From: Octopus vulgaris
Lineage: Eukaryota
Direction of reading: 5' to 3'
NCBI GenBank assembly: GCA_951406725.2
Contig: OX597830.1
Location: 35,216,001-35,280,000 of the forward strand
DNA: 64,000 nt
The translations under genes and the position numbers were made by a program. The notes below the pieces were generated by a model, which saw only the letters and a program-made list of their open reading frames with translations, made no database searches and was not told where the DNA came from. This document shows, piece by piece, positions 16,200 to 28,776 of the stretch (within the stretch, counting starts at the first letter, position 1; the number at the start of each line of letters is the position of its first letter).

Positions 16200-18372
16200 T
16201 TATTTTCTCTTTATCACAGGTTTTGTTTGAGCTCCTGGAGTCTTGCATGCGTAGCTGGCTTACTACCTGCAGCCTACGGTACCATGCTATTCGTTCTTTT
16301 TATCTATCTAATACTATCCTGATCATTCTAGCTGTGCCAAGGAGGAAAACCATTTTGTAACAGTTCTACTGGGCAATCTATACCAATTTCTTTTATATTC
16401 TCCCTTATGCCTTCTGATTCTATTCCCAAGGACCCAACAACAATTGGCATTATCTTCACCTTGTTCATTTTCCTCAGCCGGGCTATTTCGTAACTAATTG
16501 TATCTAGCTAATTATTATTGTTATCATTATAGAGGTCGCACATTATACGATATTGTGAAGTTGTTGATTGAAGATATTGTGTCTACCGGGGGTTTGTACT
16601 GTTTGTCGAGTCACAACAAGGATCTCAAGCAGACAGTACTCTACGCCATATGCGTTTAGTTTCAAGTAATGCCGACTTTTGCAATACACCTGGATTGTAG
16701 GGTATTTCTGAAATTTTCAGATTTTATTTTTAGACTGGGTGGTATTGAACCCTATGCTCTGATGACAAAAGTGTTGACCTTTATGTTTTTTTTTCTCGTA
16801 GCTGCTACATCTTATCGATCTCAATTCTCAGGTTTCCATATTTATCAACCTCTTCTTTTTCTTTCATGATTATATGTTGATCTCCTAGTACAATCACGTC
16901 AATTATTGAGCACTCCTGTTTCTCCCTACTAAAGGTTACTATACCCGGTCTTCGGTGTTCTAATAGCTTGTCTGTCTGGAAGTCAGGTTCCTAGATGATT
17001 TTGCCTCCCCCTTTTCGATCATTTTCTTTTTCCGGTATATGTTGGTACCAAATACCCGTAACCTCATATCCATACTTACAGCATATTAGCCAGTGGAGGT
17101 TTTGGGCTACCTTGTCATGTCTACGCCTGTACTCTTTCTGCGCAAGATGTTCACAAACACTAACAATGTGAGTCACGCTTTTGACTCCCTCCCACACATT
17201 CTGCAGAAGTCCGTTGCAATTGTGTGGTATATATTCTTTTTCATTTCACTGAGTTGGTATTCAATGCCTGGTCCTGGGTAGCGATGATTAAGCTTACAGT
17301 ATTATTTTTAAAGTCAATCTTGTTAAGCCACCTCTATGATGCTTCCTGGTCTTTTAATATGTTGGTTTCACGGTGGAACTGGTCATGTAATTCCATGCGG
17401 AATAGAGTTTCTTCTCTCTCTTTGGCTGTTCTTGATCGGAATTCATGAGCACTCTCAAGTCCATTTTTGTTAAATCCTTCTGCATTACCAACATACTGTA
17501 ACAGGTCTTGTTTGCTGTTTACCAAATATTCTGCCCTGTTTTCTTTTTAACTGCGGTTGTACTCCCGTAATCTAATCAGCCTACGTCCACCTTTACGCCT
17601 CTTCATGTAGAACCTGTGTACATTCTTCTTAGGCACAATACATTATCTTTGTCTTTCGGGTAATGCGATAGAGTTGGTTAATCTCTGCTTGTGTCCATCT
17701 CAGAATAGGTGCATTATAGCAGAATACAGTAACTGCCCATGTGTTAATGCAGTCACAAGATTCCTTGAGTCGAGTTTTGATTCCAAGAGAAGTTTAAGGC
17801 GTTTGAAATATGCAGTGATGACTGGATTTTGGAAACAATCCACATGTATGGAATAGCTGAGAATATGTGTGCACTGATTAAGAACAGCATGCCTAGTTGG
17901 AAAGCTTGTCTTTCTTGTAACAACCAGCACTTAGCCGAGGTAACAAGCAAAAGAGATATCTTCTAAGGAGGCTTTTGTTCACCTCTGTTATTTGTTATAG
18001 CCTTGATCCCACTTTCTGTAGTCCTACACGAAGTCAACGCATACTATGAGCTGAGAATGTATGAACCTCGTTTCAACTACCTTCTCTTCATGGATGCTTT
18101 AAAATTGCTCGCAAAAACAAAGCCTGAGATGGACAGGCAGGTTGAGACTGTGCAAATGTGCAGCAAGGATATAGAGATGGAATTCGGTATCTCGAAGTTT
18201 GCAGTGTTTACTTTGAAGCGGGGGAAAATGAGTAAAGAGAAAATTATAGGGACTTAGAATTGCCAAGCGGAGTGAGAATGAAAGACCCCAATTATAACGG
18301 GTACAAGTACCTTGAGATCCTAGAGCTGGACAATATCTTGAATAAAAAAAATGAAAGACAAGGTCATCACTG

Positions 18373-18375
<3 letters not shown>
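16200..18375 (-). mobile_element. Degraded R4/Dong-like RLE retrotransposon with an inverted 5' segment (17820-18375 reads on +)
   Basis: Minus strand: VITAYFKRLKLLLESKL, HIVSVCEHLAQKEYRRRHDKVA, LLGTARMIRIVL. Plus strand: WILETIHMYGI, SPLLFVIALIPLS, LLFMDALKL, YKYLEILE. 5' end abuts (TTA)n. Confidence 0.85.
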
Positions 18376-18441
<66 letters not shown>

Positions 18442-18514
18442 CATTATTATTATCATCATCATCATCATCACCATCATTATTATTATTATTATCATTATTA
18501 TTATTATTATTATT
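18374..18514. repeat. (TTA)n/(TCA)n tract shared by two R4/Dong-like insertions
   Basis: Directly visible between the two elements. Confidence 0.95.
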
Positions 18515-21013
18515 CTATGTTTGACTTTTGCTTTATATTTGTACAAGTTGGCTCCAAGTCTCACCCAGAGACCTCAAGAGACAACAGGGTTGGAAGTTCA
18601 TGTTGTTGTTATGCCTAGTGTGCCATATATTTGGGGGTGGGGATGTTGTACTAATGAATGTCTAAAAAAAATTTTTAAAAAAAAAAGGGGTTTTTTTTTT
18701 TTTTTACCGAAAATTATGTTTGTTTTAAACCTTGAGATTACATAGAGAGTATTTTGCGTAGGATATGAGCAGTTCCCATGAGCACTATCTTTTGAACTTC
18801 TGCCATTTTTGGGTTTCCTGGTATCTGAGTTAGGTAGCTATCAGCCCCTTTTGCTATCATTCCCAGGGCACCTATGACAACAGGTATTGTTTTAGTCTTC
18901 AGCTTCCACATTTTGCTGATTTCTATTTCAAGATCTTTATATTTGCTCAGTTTTTGGTAGGTCTTGACAGATACGTTTATATCGATTGGGACAGTCATAT
19001 CAATGAGGAGGCATGTTCTTTGTTTGAAGTTTTTCAATATGATGTCTGGCCTATTTGCATCTATCTTCCTGTCAGTTTGAATGGTGAAGTTCCAGAGGAG
19101 TGAGATGTGGTCATTTTCAAGCACTGGGGGTGGTTTGTGTTCCCACCAGTTTTTTTCATGGGGCAAATCCAGGTTTTTACAGATTACCCAGTGAATATAT
19201 TGTGCAGCTCTATCGTGCCTGTTGAGATACTCTGTAGGCGCTAGAAGACTGCACTTGGAGACCACATGGTCAATGGTTTCATTTTGTTGCTTGCATACAC
19301 GACACGTTGGACTGCTTCTGATCTTTAATATGTTGACCTGGTAGTTTCTTGTTGGTAGGCATTGATCTTGAGCTGCTATGATAAACCCCTCTGTTTCAGA
19401 TTTTAAGCCAGAGGCCATTAGCCATTGATGGGTCAGGGCTTTGTCGATATCTGCATTATTCGCTCTCTTTGGGTATTTGCCATAGAGAGGTTTTTCTTGC
19501 CATTTATTATTCAGAATATCTAAGGCCGCAGTTTTGGCACGGGTTTTCATGCGCCTAGCTTTTTCTGTGCTTGTTTCTTGTATATCTATCTCTAATTCCG
19601 AAATTGGTTGTATTCGGAATTCACTTAGATATTCCTTTGCCTGTTTTGTGACTGAGTATGATGCTTTCTTGTTTTCATGTTTTGAGACAAGTTTTAGCAT
19701 CCAGTCCTCAGAGTTTTTCAGGTAGGTGTCTAGGCCAATTGTAGCAATCTTCATTGTTATTGCCAGTTGCAAAAGACCACGGCCTCCCTCTTTTCTTGGC
19801 AGATAGAGTCGTTCTGTATCTGCCTTAGGGTGGTGCATTCTATGCATTGTCAACAGTTTCCTTATTTTTCTGTCGAGCTGACATATTTCAGTAATTGAGC
19901 AGTTAACAATATTGAAACTGTAAGTCACGACTGGTATAGCTAATGCATTGATTGCTTCGATCCTGTTTCTTGCATTCAGCTCTGTCTTGAGTATTGCTCT
20001 CACTCTTCGATAGCATTCTCTCCTGATCCTTTCCTTCATCTCTGAATGCCTTATTCCGTTCCCTTCAATTATCCCTAGGTACTTGTAGCTCTCCGCTGGG
20101 TCTAGTTCTTTTATGACATTCTGTTGGTCAAGGTTAACGTTAGATGTTTCTGTCATTTTTCCTTTGATAAAGGTAGCCTTTGCACATTTATCGAGGCCGA
20201 ATTGCATTCTGATGTCGTCACTGAATTGTTTGACTATCGCTAGTAAGCCCTTGAGTTGTTGATCATTTTTTGCAAAAAGCTTTAAATCATCCATGTAAAC
20301 GAGATGATTTATATTTTTATCAAACATTTTATACCCGTACTGCGCATCATTGAGCAGCTTTGAGAGAGGTATTAAGGATAAACAAAAGAGGAGTGGTGAC
20401 AGTGAGTCACCCTGGAAAATGCCACACGAAATTTTTACATCACCAGCATTTAGGGATTCACTGTCACTGTTCAGAGTTAGTGTGGTTCTCCATGATCTCA
20501 TACTTACAGTCAAGAAGTTTCGCAGAGTTGGTGCTATCTTATACATTTCAAGGCATTTCCTAATCCAGCTATGTGGTAGGCTATCAAAAGCCTTTTTATA
20601 GTCTATCCAGGCTATTGATAAGTTTTTGTGTCGTTTGTGACAATCTTCTAAGATCATCTTATTGATGAGTAGTTGGTCTTTACAGCCGTAGGATCCACGT
20701 TTACATCCTTTCTGTTCATTAGGGAATATGCTGCTGTCTGTTAAAAAACTATAGGTATATTCCGTCAGGACAGATGTTAGTGTTTTGTACATAGTTGTTA
20801 AGCAGGTTATGGGTCTATAGTTTTTTGGTTCATTTGTTTCTTCACTTTTTGGAAGCAGGAATGTTAACCCATTAACTAGCCAAGGAGGCATCCTACTAGG
20901 GTGTTGCAAAACATCATTGTACAGTTCTGTTAGAAGTTCATGGCTCTCTGGGAAGGCATTCAGCCAGAAGTTAGGAATTTTATCCTTTCCTGGAGACTTC
21001 CATTTGCTTGACC
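18515..21013 (-). mobile_element. Young 5'-truncated R4/Dong-like RLE non-LTR retrotransposon, with 3' UTR at 18515-18737
   Basis: Uninterrupted ORF plus 3' UTR, bounded on both sides by (TTA)n. Confidence 0.95.
18738..21013 (-). CDS. RT + CCHC zinc knuckle + restriction-like endonuclease polyprotein (N-terminally truncated; the frame stays open to the TAA tract)
   Basis: KSPGKDKIPNFW, NYRPITCL, EQKG, WIDYKKAFDS, GIFQGDSLSP, YMDDLK, CRVC...ETIDHVVSKC, RHD, RPDI...IDMTVP...KLSKYKDL. Confidence 0.93.
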
Positions 21014-21065
<52 letters not shown>

Positions 21066-21205
21066 GGCGGCAAGCTGGCAGAATCGTTAGCATGCGGGCA
21101 AAATCCTTAGCAGTATTTACCTCATCTTTATGTTCTGAATTCAAATTTCGCTGAGGTCTACTTTGCCTTTCGTCCATTCAGGGTCGATGAAATAAATACC
21201 AGTTA
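21066..21205 (+). mobile_element. SINE family B copy abutting the (TTA)n tract
   Basis: GGCGGCAAGCTGGCAGAA head plus Nin-like core. Confidence 0.8.
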
Positions 21206-21625
21206 TGTAACTGACTAGTCCCGTTGATACTGATACATCGATTAGAAAGCATTATTTCTCTTAGCGATATTTCACAACTGTATCCGGCCTATTCCACTTA
21301 ATTTCTTCATCTGTGTATCTTGACATATGTTTGCTACTCATTTTTTGCAGTGACCTTTTCTGGTGTGTGTCTACATCATTGTTGCTGTTGTTGTTGTTGC
21401 TGCTGCCGCTGCTGTTGTCGTTGTTATCATCATCATCATCATCATACTACTGTGAAATTCAACTGTGTATAGCAATAGTAATATATATTTATTAACTGAT
21501 ACAATTACAATGAGACCCACACACATACACGATACATATATACACACATATAAAGAAGCCTATGTTTTTTTGATGAAATTTAAATTTTGAAAATTCATTT
21601 GTACTCCTCTTGGTTGACATACATA

Positions 21626-21664
<39 letters not shown>

Positions 21665-21704
21665 TATCGTAATCACTATCCTCATCACCACCATTGCAGT
21701 CTTT

Positions 21705-21760
<56 letters not shown>

Positions 21761-21789
21761 TGACATCATCATCATAATCGACATCATCA

Positions 21790-21935
21790 ACGTCCACGTC
21801 CCATACTGACATGGGTTGGACATCTTGACAGGTTCTTTTGTGTTCAATGACTGCATCGTACACCAGTGTCTGCATCGGCATGGTTTCCACGACTGGATGC
21901 CCTTCCTAAGACCAACCACCTTACAGCGTGTACTG
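21790..21935 (-). mobile_element. Fragment of an RTE-related (bipartite) SINE/LINE
   Basis: Minus strand GGTTGGTCTTAGGAAGGGCATCCAGTCGTGGAAACCATGCC resembles the conserved RTE 5' motif GGTTGGCGTxAGGAAGGGCATCCxGCCGT. Confidence 0.55.
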
Positions 21936-22329
21936 CGTCATATTTCGTACTGAATTGTTTCTATACATTATATGTACATAACATGCCATAACTGTTGAAA
22001 TAGTGTACATACTTTTAGCGCAAATAACAAGTTAAGAGTTATTTTAACCCTTTTTCACTCCAACACACCTGTCACTATCACGAGTTCCATGATTAAAATT
22101 TCCTTATGTAGTCTTGTAGACTGAAAACCTTCTCTCGTAATTTGTTGTTAATTTATCATTTTCCCAAGCACGAGCTTCATATAACAGTTACATTAGTAAA
22201 TGCTTAATTATTTTAAGATTTTATTAAAACACCCATGGAGTATTTCCATAGAGTTATGGTAACAACATTTTTTTAATATTCTTAGCCATCACGGTAAATC
22301 TGAATTCGTACTCGATTTCAAGACGATGA

Positions 22330-22712
22330 TTATTCTATCAGGATAATGCTCGGCCACATACAGTGATGATGACATTCCAAAGGCTGGAGCAGTTTGAATG
22401 GGAAACGATGCCCCACCCACCATATTCGCTGGACATTGCTCCATCAGATTATCATTTATTAGCAGTCTTCAGAATCATTTGGACAGAAAAAATATGAATT
22501 GTGTAGACGAGGTAACAACAGTACTAGAGGCGTACTTTTCGCCACGGACAAGTGAATTCTGGAATAGGGGACTAGCAAGGTTACCACATAAATTGAAAAG
22601 CATCGTAGAAAATTAAGGAGAATATATTTTACATTAAAAAATAACTTTGTTTATCTTAATATTGAAAAATAAAGGTATAAAAACTGCATTATTATTAACG
22701 GATGACCCAATA
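22330..22712 (+). mobile_element. Mariner (DD34D) transposase 3' relic with probable right TIR
   Basis: QDNARPHTVMMTFQRLEQFEWETMPHPPYSLDIAPSDYHL; ends ...GGATGACCCAATA. Confidence 0.8.
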
Positions 22713-22768
22713 CATGGATATATACATAGATACACATATATATTTAAATATATATGTATATATATATA

Positions 22769-23175
22769 GGCGCAGGAGTGGCTGTGTGGTAAGTAGCTTG
22801 CTAACCAACTACATGGTTCCGGGTTCAGTCCCACTGCGTGGCATCTTGGGCAAGTGTCTTCTGCTATAGCCCCGGGCCGACCAATGCCTTGTGAGTGGAT
22901 TTGGTAGACGGAAACTGAAAGAAGCCTGTCGTATATATGTATATGTATATATGTGTGTATGTGTTTGTGTGTCTGTGTTTGTCCCCCTAGCATTGCTTGA
23001 CAACCGATGCTGGTGTGTTTACGTCCCCGTCATTTAGCGGTTCGGCAAAAGAGACCGATAGAATAAGTACTGGGCTTACAAAGAATAAGTCCCGGAGTCG
23101 ATTTGCTCGACTAAAAGGCGGTGCTCCAGCATGGCCGCACTCAAATGACTGAAACAAGTAAAAGAGTAAGAGAGT
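22769..23175 (+). mobile_element. Full-length tRNA-derived SINE family A with an internal (TA/TG) microsatellite
   Basis: A box TGGCTGTGTGG, B box GGTTCAGTCCC, AAAGAGT-repeat tail; near-identical reverse copy at 35698-36066. Confidence 0.9.
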
Positions 23176-23425
23176 ATATATTATATATATGCGTGTGCGT
23201 GTGTATGTGTATATAAAATTCAGAAACAGCAAAGTCATCTTGAAGTGTTTAAATTGAACAAAAGAACCCTAAAATATTATCACAAACAACACCAGGCAGG
23301 GAATTATGAAGGTAATTATTGAAGGTATTGAAATCACGCCGTTCTATTTCTCTTCTCCCCACGAGTTATCTCCTGATGCTGTCTGTTTACCACACACACA
23401 CACACATACATATATACATATATAC

Positions 23426-23512
<87 letters not shown>

Positions 23513-24300
23513 ATATATATTTATATATATATGTAGGTATATGTATATATATATAGATATAATATGTATATATATGTACATAGATATATACATATATATA
23601 TAGGGAATGAGAGTGAGAGATAGGTATACATGTATGTATATATATCTGTGTGTATATAAATAAGTCCATGTATGTGTGTATGTGTGTGCTTGCGTGTGCG
23701 TGTTTGTTTGCTCAGAATATATTACCGAAATTGTTCGATTGTTTTGCAAACGACAACTCACATCTTGCTGACATAAGAAAACTTAGTGTTATCTATTGTT
23801 TGTGATAGTGTTTTTCGTCAAAAGGCTCCCTGCAGAGCAACCAGATCTTAGGTGGTTTCCTTATTGGAAACTTGTCTCAATCTTTTAATTCTGTCTTGTT
23901 TTCACTTTTTCCTCATACTCTCACGGTTAATAAATAAACATACAGTTCTATTCAATCGACAAAAGACAGTTGTTTTTCTTTTCCAAATTTGGTCATCAAT
24001 AAGGTATCTTCACCCCGTTCTCTGATAAAGTACTTTGTGCCCACTATTAGTTGACGTCATAATTTCTGGGTGCCCTCTTTGAGTTTTTCAATTCTTTTAA
24101 ATGGGTAGTTGATGATTTCATTGAAAATATATCTAAGGAAAAAATTACTTGTTTATATGAACGATTTGGCTTTTATGTAAGTGCGTTTCTACATACACTC
24201 ATATCCTCATATATAGATATAAATTTGTGCGTTTGTGTGTATACATATACACAAGTATGTGCTAATGAATGTAAGCGTTCAATATTTATAGACTTGTAAA

Positions 24301-24820
24301 TCGGCCAGCTGGAAGAAACGTCAGCACGTCCTAAGTTCAAATTCCGCCGAGGTCGACTTTGCCTTTCATCTTTTAGGGGTCGATGAATTAAGTACCATTT
24401 GCGTACTGAGGTCGGCCCCCTCCCCAAACATTTCGGTCCTTGTGCTTAGAATAGAAAAGATTATATAAACCGGCGAGCTGACAGAAACGTTAACAAGCCG
24501 GGCGAAATGCGTAGCCGTATTTTGTCTGCCGTTACGCTCTGAGTTCAAATTGCGCCGAGGTTGACTTTGCCTTTCATCCTTTCGGGGTCGATTAAAATAA
24601 GTACCAGTTACGCACTGGGGGCGATATAATCGACTTAATCCGTTTGTCTGTCCTTGTTTGTCCCCTCTGTGTTTAGCCCCTTGTGGGTAGTAAAGAAATA
24701 GGTATTTCGTCTGTCTTTACGTTCTGAGTTCAAATTCCGCCGAGATTGACTTTGCCTTTCATCGTTTCGGTGTCGATAATTTAAGTACGAGTTGCGTACT
24801 GGGGTCAATCTTATCGACTT
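24301..24820 (+). mobile_element. Cluster of SINE family B copies (monomer plus dimer)
   Basis: Three Nin-like cores GCCTTTCATC...GTCGAT...AAGTACCAG. Confidence 0.85.
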
Positions 24821-25689
24821 TAATTTGTAGTCCATGATCCATTGAGATAGTATTCCATTGCCTCTTTCATCATGTATACTATTTGAAAACCAGGTGTTGA
24901 TTGCATTGAAGTCTCACAATGATGATAATGGTTATAATGTTAAATTTTTTTTTGTTTAGTTGTATAAACTGGTGGAAGCGCCGCGTCTGTCTGTGTGTAT
25001 CTGTATCTGGTTGTTTATTATAATGTCGTGCTTCATTTTCTCAATATTCTATTTTAATCTTGAGAGCATGCATTTCTGCTGTATTGGTGTCCTGTATTAG
25101 TTTACAATTATCATTTCTGATGTCTGTACGTAAAAATTTATTCTTGCATATATATGGTTCCAAACGCGTGGTGAAAAATTCTGTCTAATCTAATCTCAGT
25201 ATAATTTCATACAGAACGTAATTTACTTCGTGAGAATCTTTTCAAAGTTATTCCTATGCGAACGTCGATAGTAACAATAAAATTTATTAGTTCCATAAAT
25301 GCTATCAATGTTGCATTACAAAATCTCCAAAAATTGTTTGTTCATGTGTACACAATTTAGCTTTGTGTATGAAGCTAGAATTTTTTTTAAAAATTCAGTG
25401 CAGACAGTTGACACTGAGAAGGGAATAATTTCAATGCATTTTAATTTTATCGTTTCTCTCCTTATCATGAACACATTTATGTTTCTCTGCAAACTTGAGT
25501 ATCTTCCTAGGGTAATGTGTAAACGGTATGCTTTCGAAGTGTTTGTGTAAGTTGCGTAGGTTATAAATTGAAATGCAATTTCTTCAGTGTGTCTATGAGA
25601 CTGCTTTGAGCAGATTTCTAATATTCGCTGACGAAAATGTGTTGGAAAAATATTTTACCAATACATACATACATAAATATATATAGATA

Positions 25690-25830
25690 TGCAGCACGGG
25701 ATTTTGTCAGTTAACAGGTCGCGGGCTCCAAGCGACGAAAATATTTTGACAAATCAGATTTAAATGTTGAAGGGAATCTAACGGTTTTTGTGTGTTTCTT
25801 AAATGGCTTATAAACAACTTCCACGCTGCA
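25690..25830. mobile_element. Short element with imperfect terminal inverted repeats in TA context, containing a hammerhead-shaped fold
   Basis: TGCAGCACGGGA ... TTCCACGCTGCA; internal helices TTTGTCA/TGACAAA and GTCGC/GCGAC followed by GAAA. Confidence 0.4.
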
Positions 25831-26504
25831 TATATATATACATATATATATGCAAAATATCTATTTTTTAAAGGTGCAGATCTGACTGAAATTTCTCAGT
25901 GACCAATCGAGGACTTCGACGAATTTTTTGTTGGCCCGGCAAAGAAACCATGGGTTACATTGGCATTTGTTGATGTTCGAGGTTCTTTCATATAACCATT
26001 GCAGTTATGGATAGTAAACACAATTAGCTCTAAGGTTAAAATAAACAGAAGTACATTCAGAGAGTTACCTTGTAATATTCTATCTAAAATCAGAGAAAAT
26101 ATTTTCATAATGGTTTCAGTTACATAGACCTGGATTTTTGTCCGGGTCTCTATTAAGTTTTTCAATACTAGCAACTAAGACAACGAAATACAATAAGTTC
26201 AGTAACTACTATTTAAAAATAGATTTCATTCGTCTTCTTCAATTTAAGAGATACTGTCAGCTGTCGACGACGTTCTCTTTTATTTCAGACGACACACGCT
26301 TATTATAAGAAAATTTCGGCTATTGTTCGTTAACATCAAGTCAACTATGATCGGTCAGGCATAAAATCAAAGGTAAAATAGGCATGCCCATTCCGGGGTT
26401 TACAGATATCAGGCTTTACATAAGCAAGTGAAATATCTTTCTAATATTATTATATTTTGAGCGCCATCGTTGGATATATATGTACAGGTATATATATATA
26501 TATA

Positions 26505-26544
<40 letters not shown>

Positions 26545-27585
26545 ATGACAATTGTCACGATAGACTCGGCCGACAGATGGACTCGTCCCACACGCGACAG
26601 CAGCCGTTCGGCATAAACCCACAGGTCCGAAATGGATGGACACCGCACGAGTGCAGAGCGGTTTCATCGCTTTTACCGCATCTCGGGCAGCTCGGTCCGG
26701 TGTATCTCGAACCGTGCCTGTAGAGCTTATCCTGAACAGGTAATGCTTTTCGATAGCACTGCCAGTCCAGGGATCTCTTCTGATTTTCCAATGGTCCCGG
26801 CCCAAAAGTTGCCCTGAATAGGCGGATTAGGTATTCCTCGTCGACGCCCAGATTCTACCCTAGAAAATCGTAGCACCTCCCTTCCACTAATCCTCTATAA
26901 AACGCCTTTGTTGTAATAAAGTCGCACAAGTTTGGTCCCGGACGGCAGAGTTGCTTGAGAGCAACGCGACACTCGCGGTGCCATTCGCGTTCAGCTTCCA
27001 GTAACCGGACCCTGCTTATGTGTCTTATCTAAGTCAAGTGTACAAATCAGAAATTTGTGGTCTGTGTAGCTGACTATGTGGAAATATGGACCACCTACAC
27101 TATCCTTATCCACTGTCCTACAGAATACTGTATCTAAATACGATCTGGACGATCCGATGCGGTGGCTCCATGTCCACATTGGCATATTTGGGTGGTCCAA
27201 TCGACACCTTTCAGACAATTGGAAATACCTGAGCAAGTCTTTGAGGCATTTGCATCCCTTCCTATTACTACCTCTTCCCACGTAGTCTAGATGCGTGACC
27301 AGGGTAGCATTCCAATTTCCCACTAAAAGTAAAGGTCGAGACGTTTCCAGGAAAACCTCTAGACGTCGAAAGAAATATGGCCGGCCAGTTAAGGACGGTG
27401 CATAAACTGTTATCAGTCTAAAAGTACACTCATTGCTGCCATCGACATCCAAGACGACCAACCTACCCTCCGGGTCTAGGAAAATAGCTTTTAATTTGAG
27501 GTGCAGACTCTTTCGAAAAAGCACCACGGGACCTCCTTCACCCATTCTCGGCAGACACGGAGAAAAATAAATGTCGAAATAGATA
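26545..27585 (-). mobile_element. Internally deleted L1/Tx1-like LINE: APE endonuclease joined to the C-terminal zinc-finger region, RT missing
   Basis: GRLVVLDV, VYAP, LLVGNWNA, WTW, SYLD, TDH, GYWKLN (APE), then directly WQCYRKALPV...CPRCGKSDETALH (zf-RVT type). Confidence 0.85.
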
Positions 27586-28344
27586 GATAAATAGACAGAC
27601 AGATAGATGTGTACATACATACATACATACGCACATACATACATACATACATACATACATACATACATACATACATACATACATACATACATACATACAT
27701 AGGTGTTCTTTAATAGCAAACCCGCGAGGGCAAACTGACATGTGATCCCAACTTTCCAAGCTATATCATTCCCATTTTTGTTGTTTTATTTTGTTTCGAT
27801 TTGATTTTTTTTTTTTTTGCTGTTGGTTATCTGAGAGTACATTCCATAATGTGATCTGACTTCTGCTAACATCAGAGCGGGATTTGTTAGCGTCTTCTCG
27901 AGAACAGTGCAAAGTAGATGACTCTTTATTGGATCTCTCATTATCACCTATATATTTTCATGAACAGTCATTTGCTGTCAAATCATAAAAGCACATAAAG
28001 ATATAGTCGTGATTCTGTTGTCATACCAATCACCCTAATAACGACGCGGCCCTTTAACGTTTTAATCTTTACGATTCAACAAGCAATGATATACTCAGTC
28101 ACTGCTTAAAGCCATCGTTTTAATCATATATTGATTAATTAACTCTAATTGAACTTTTGTTTTAAACTTTTTCGGTTTCATTGCGTTTATTTACATATTT
28201 GATTCTTTGTTGTATTTCTATTGTATGATTAATTACATTCACACATACAGACACGTATACACACTGGGATGTACACATATATGTGCAGTTATGTTTGTAT
28301 ATGTGTATATAATTTAGCTCTCCTAGTCTCTTTTCCTTTTCCAG

Positions 28345-28389
<45 letters not shown>

Positions 28390-28411
28390 TAAATACGTAC
28401 ATACATACACA

Positions 28412-28457
<46 letters not shown>

Positions 28458-28546
28458 CACACACATATATACACATACATATATGTGTGTTTCTATGAAT
28501 ATATGGGTGCTTTAATTACGTATGTGCGTATGTGTGAATGAGTATA

Positions 28547-28577
<31 letters not shown>

Positions 28578-28729
28578 GTATATATACATACATACATACA
28601 CACACATATATATAAATATATATATATATATTACACATACTTAAATGAAAATTTGCATAGATATACATATATATATATATACATACATAAACGCACACAC
28701 ATACTCACACACACACACACACACATATA

Positions 28730-28776
<47 letters not shown>

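Noticed and set aside
24900-26400. Non-repetitive stretch including ORF 25896-26174 as a possible host exon
   Set aside because: No recognisable motif; probably decayed TE, but cannot be assigned without a database search
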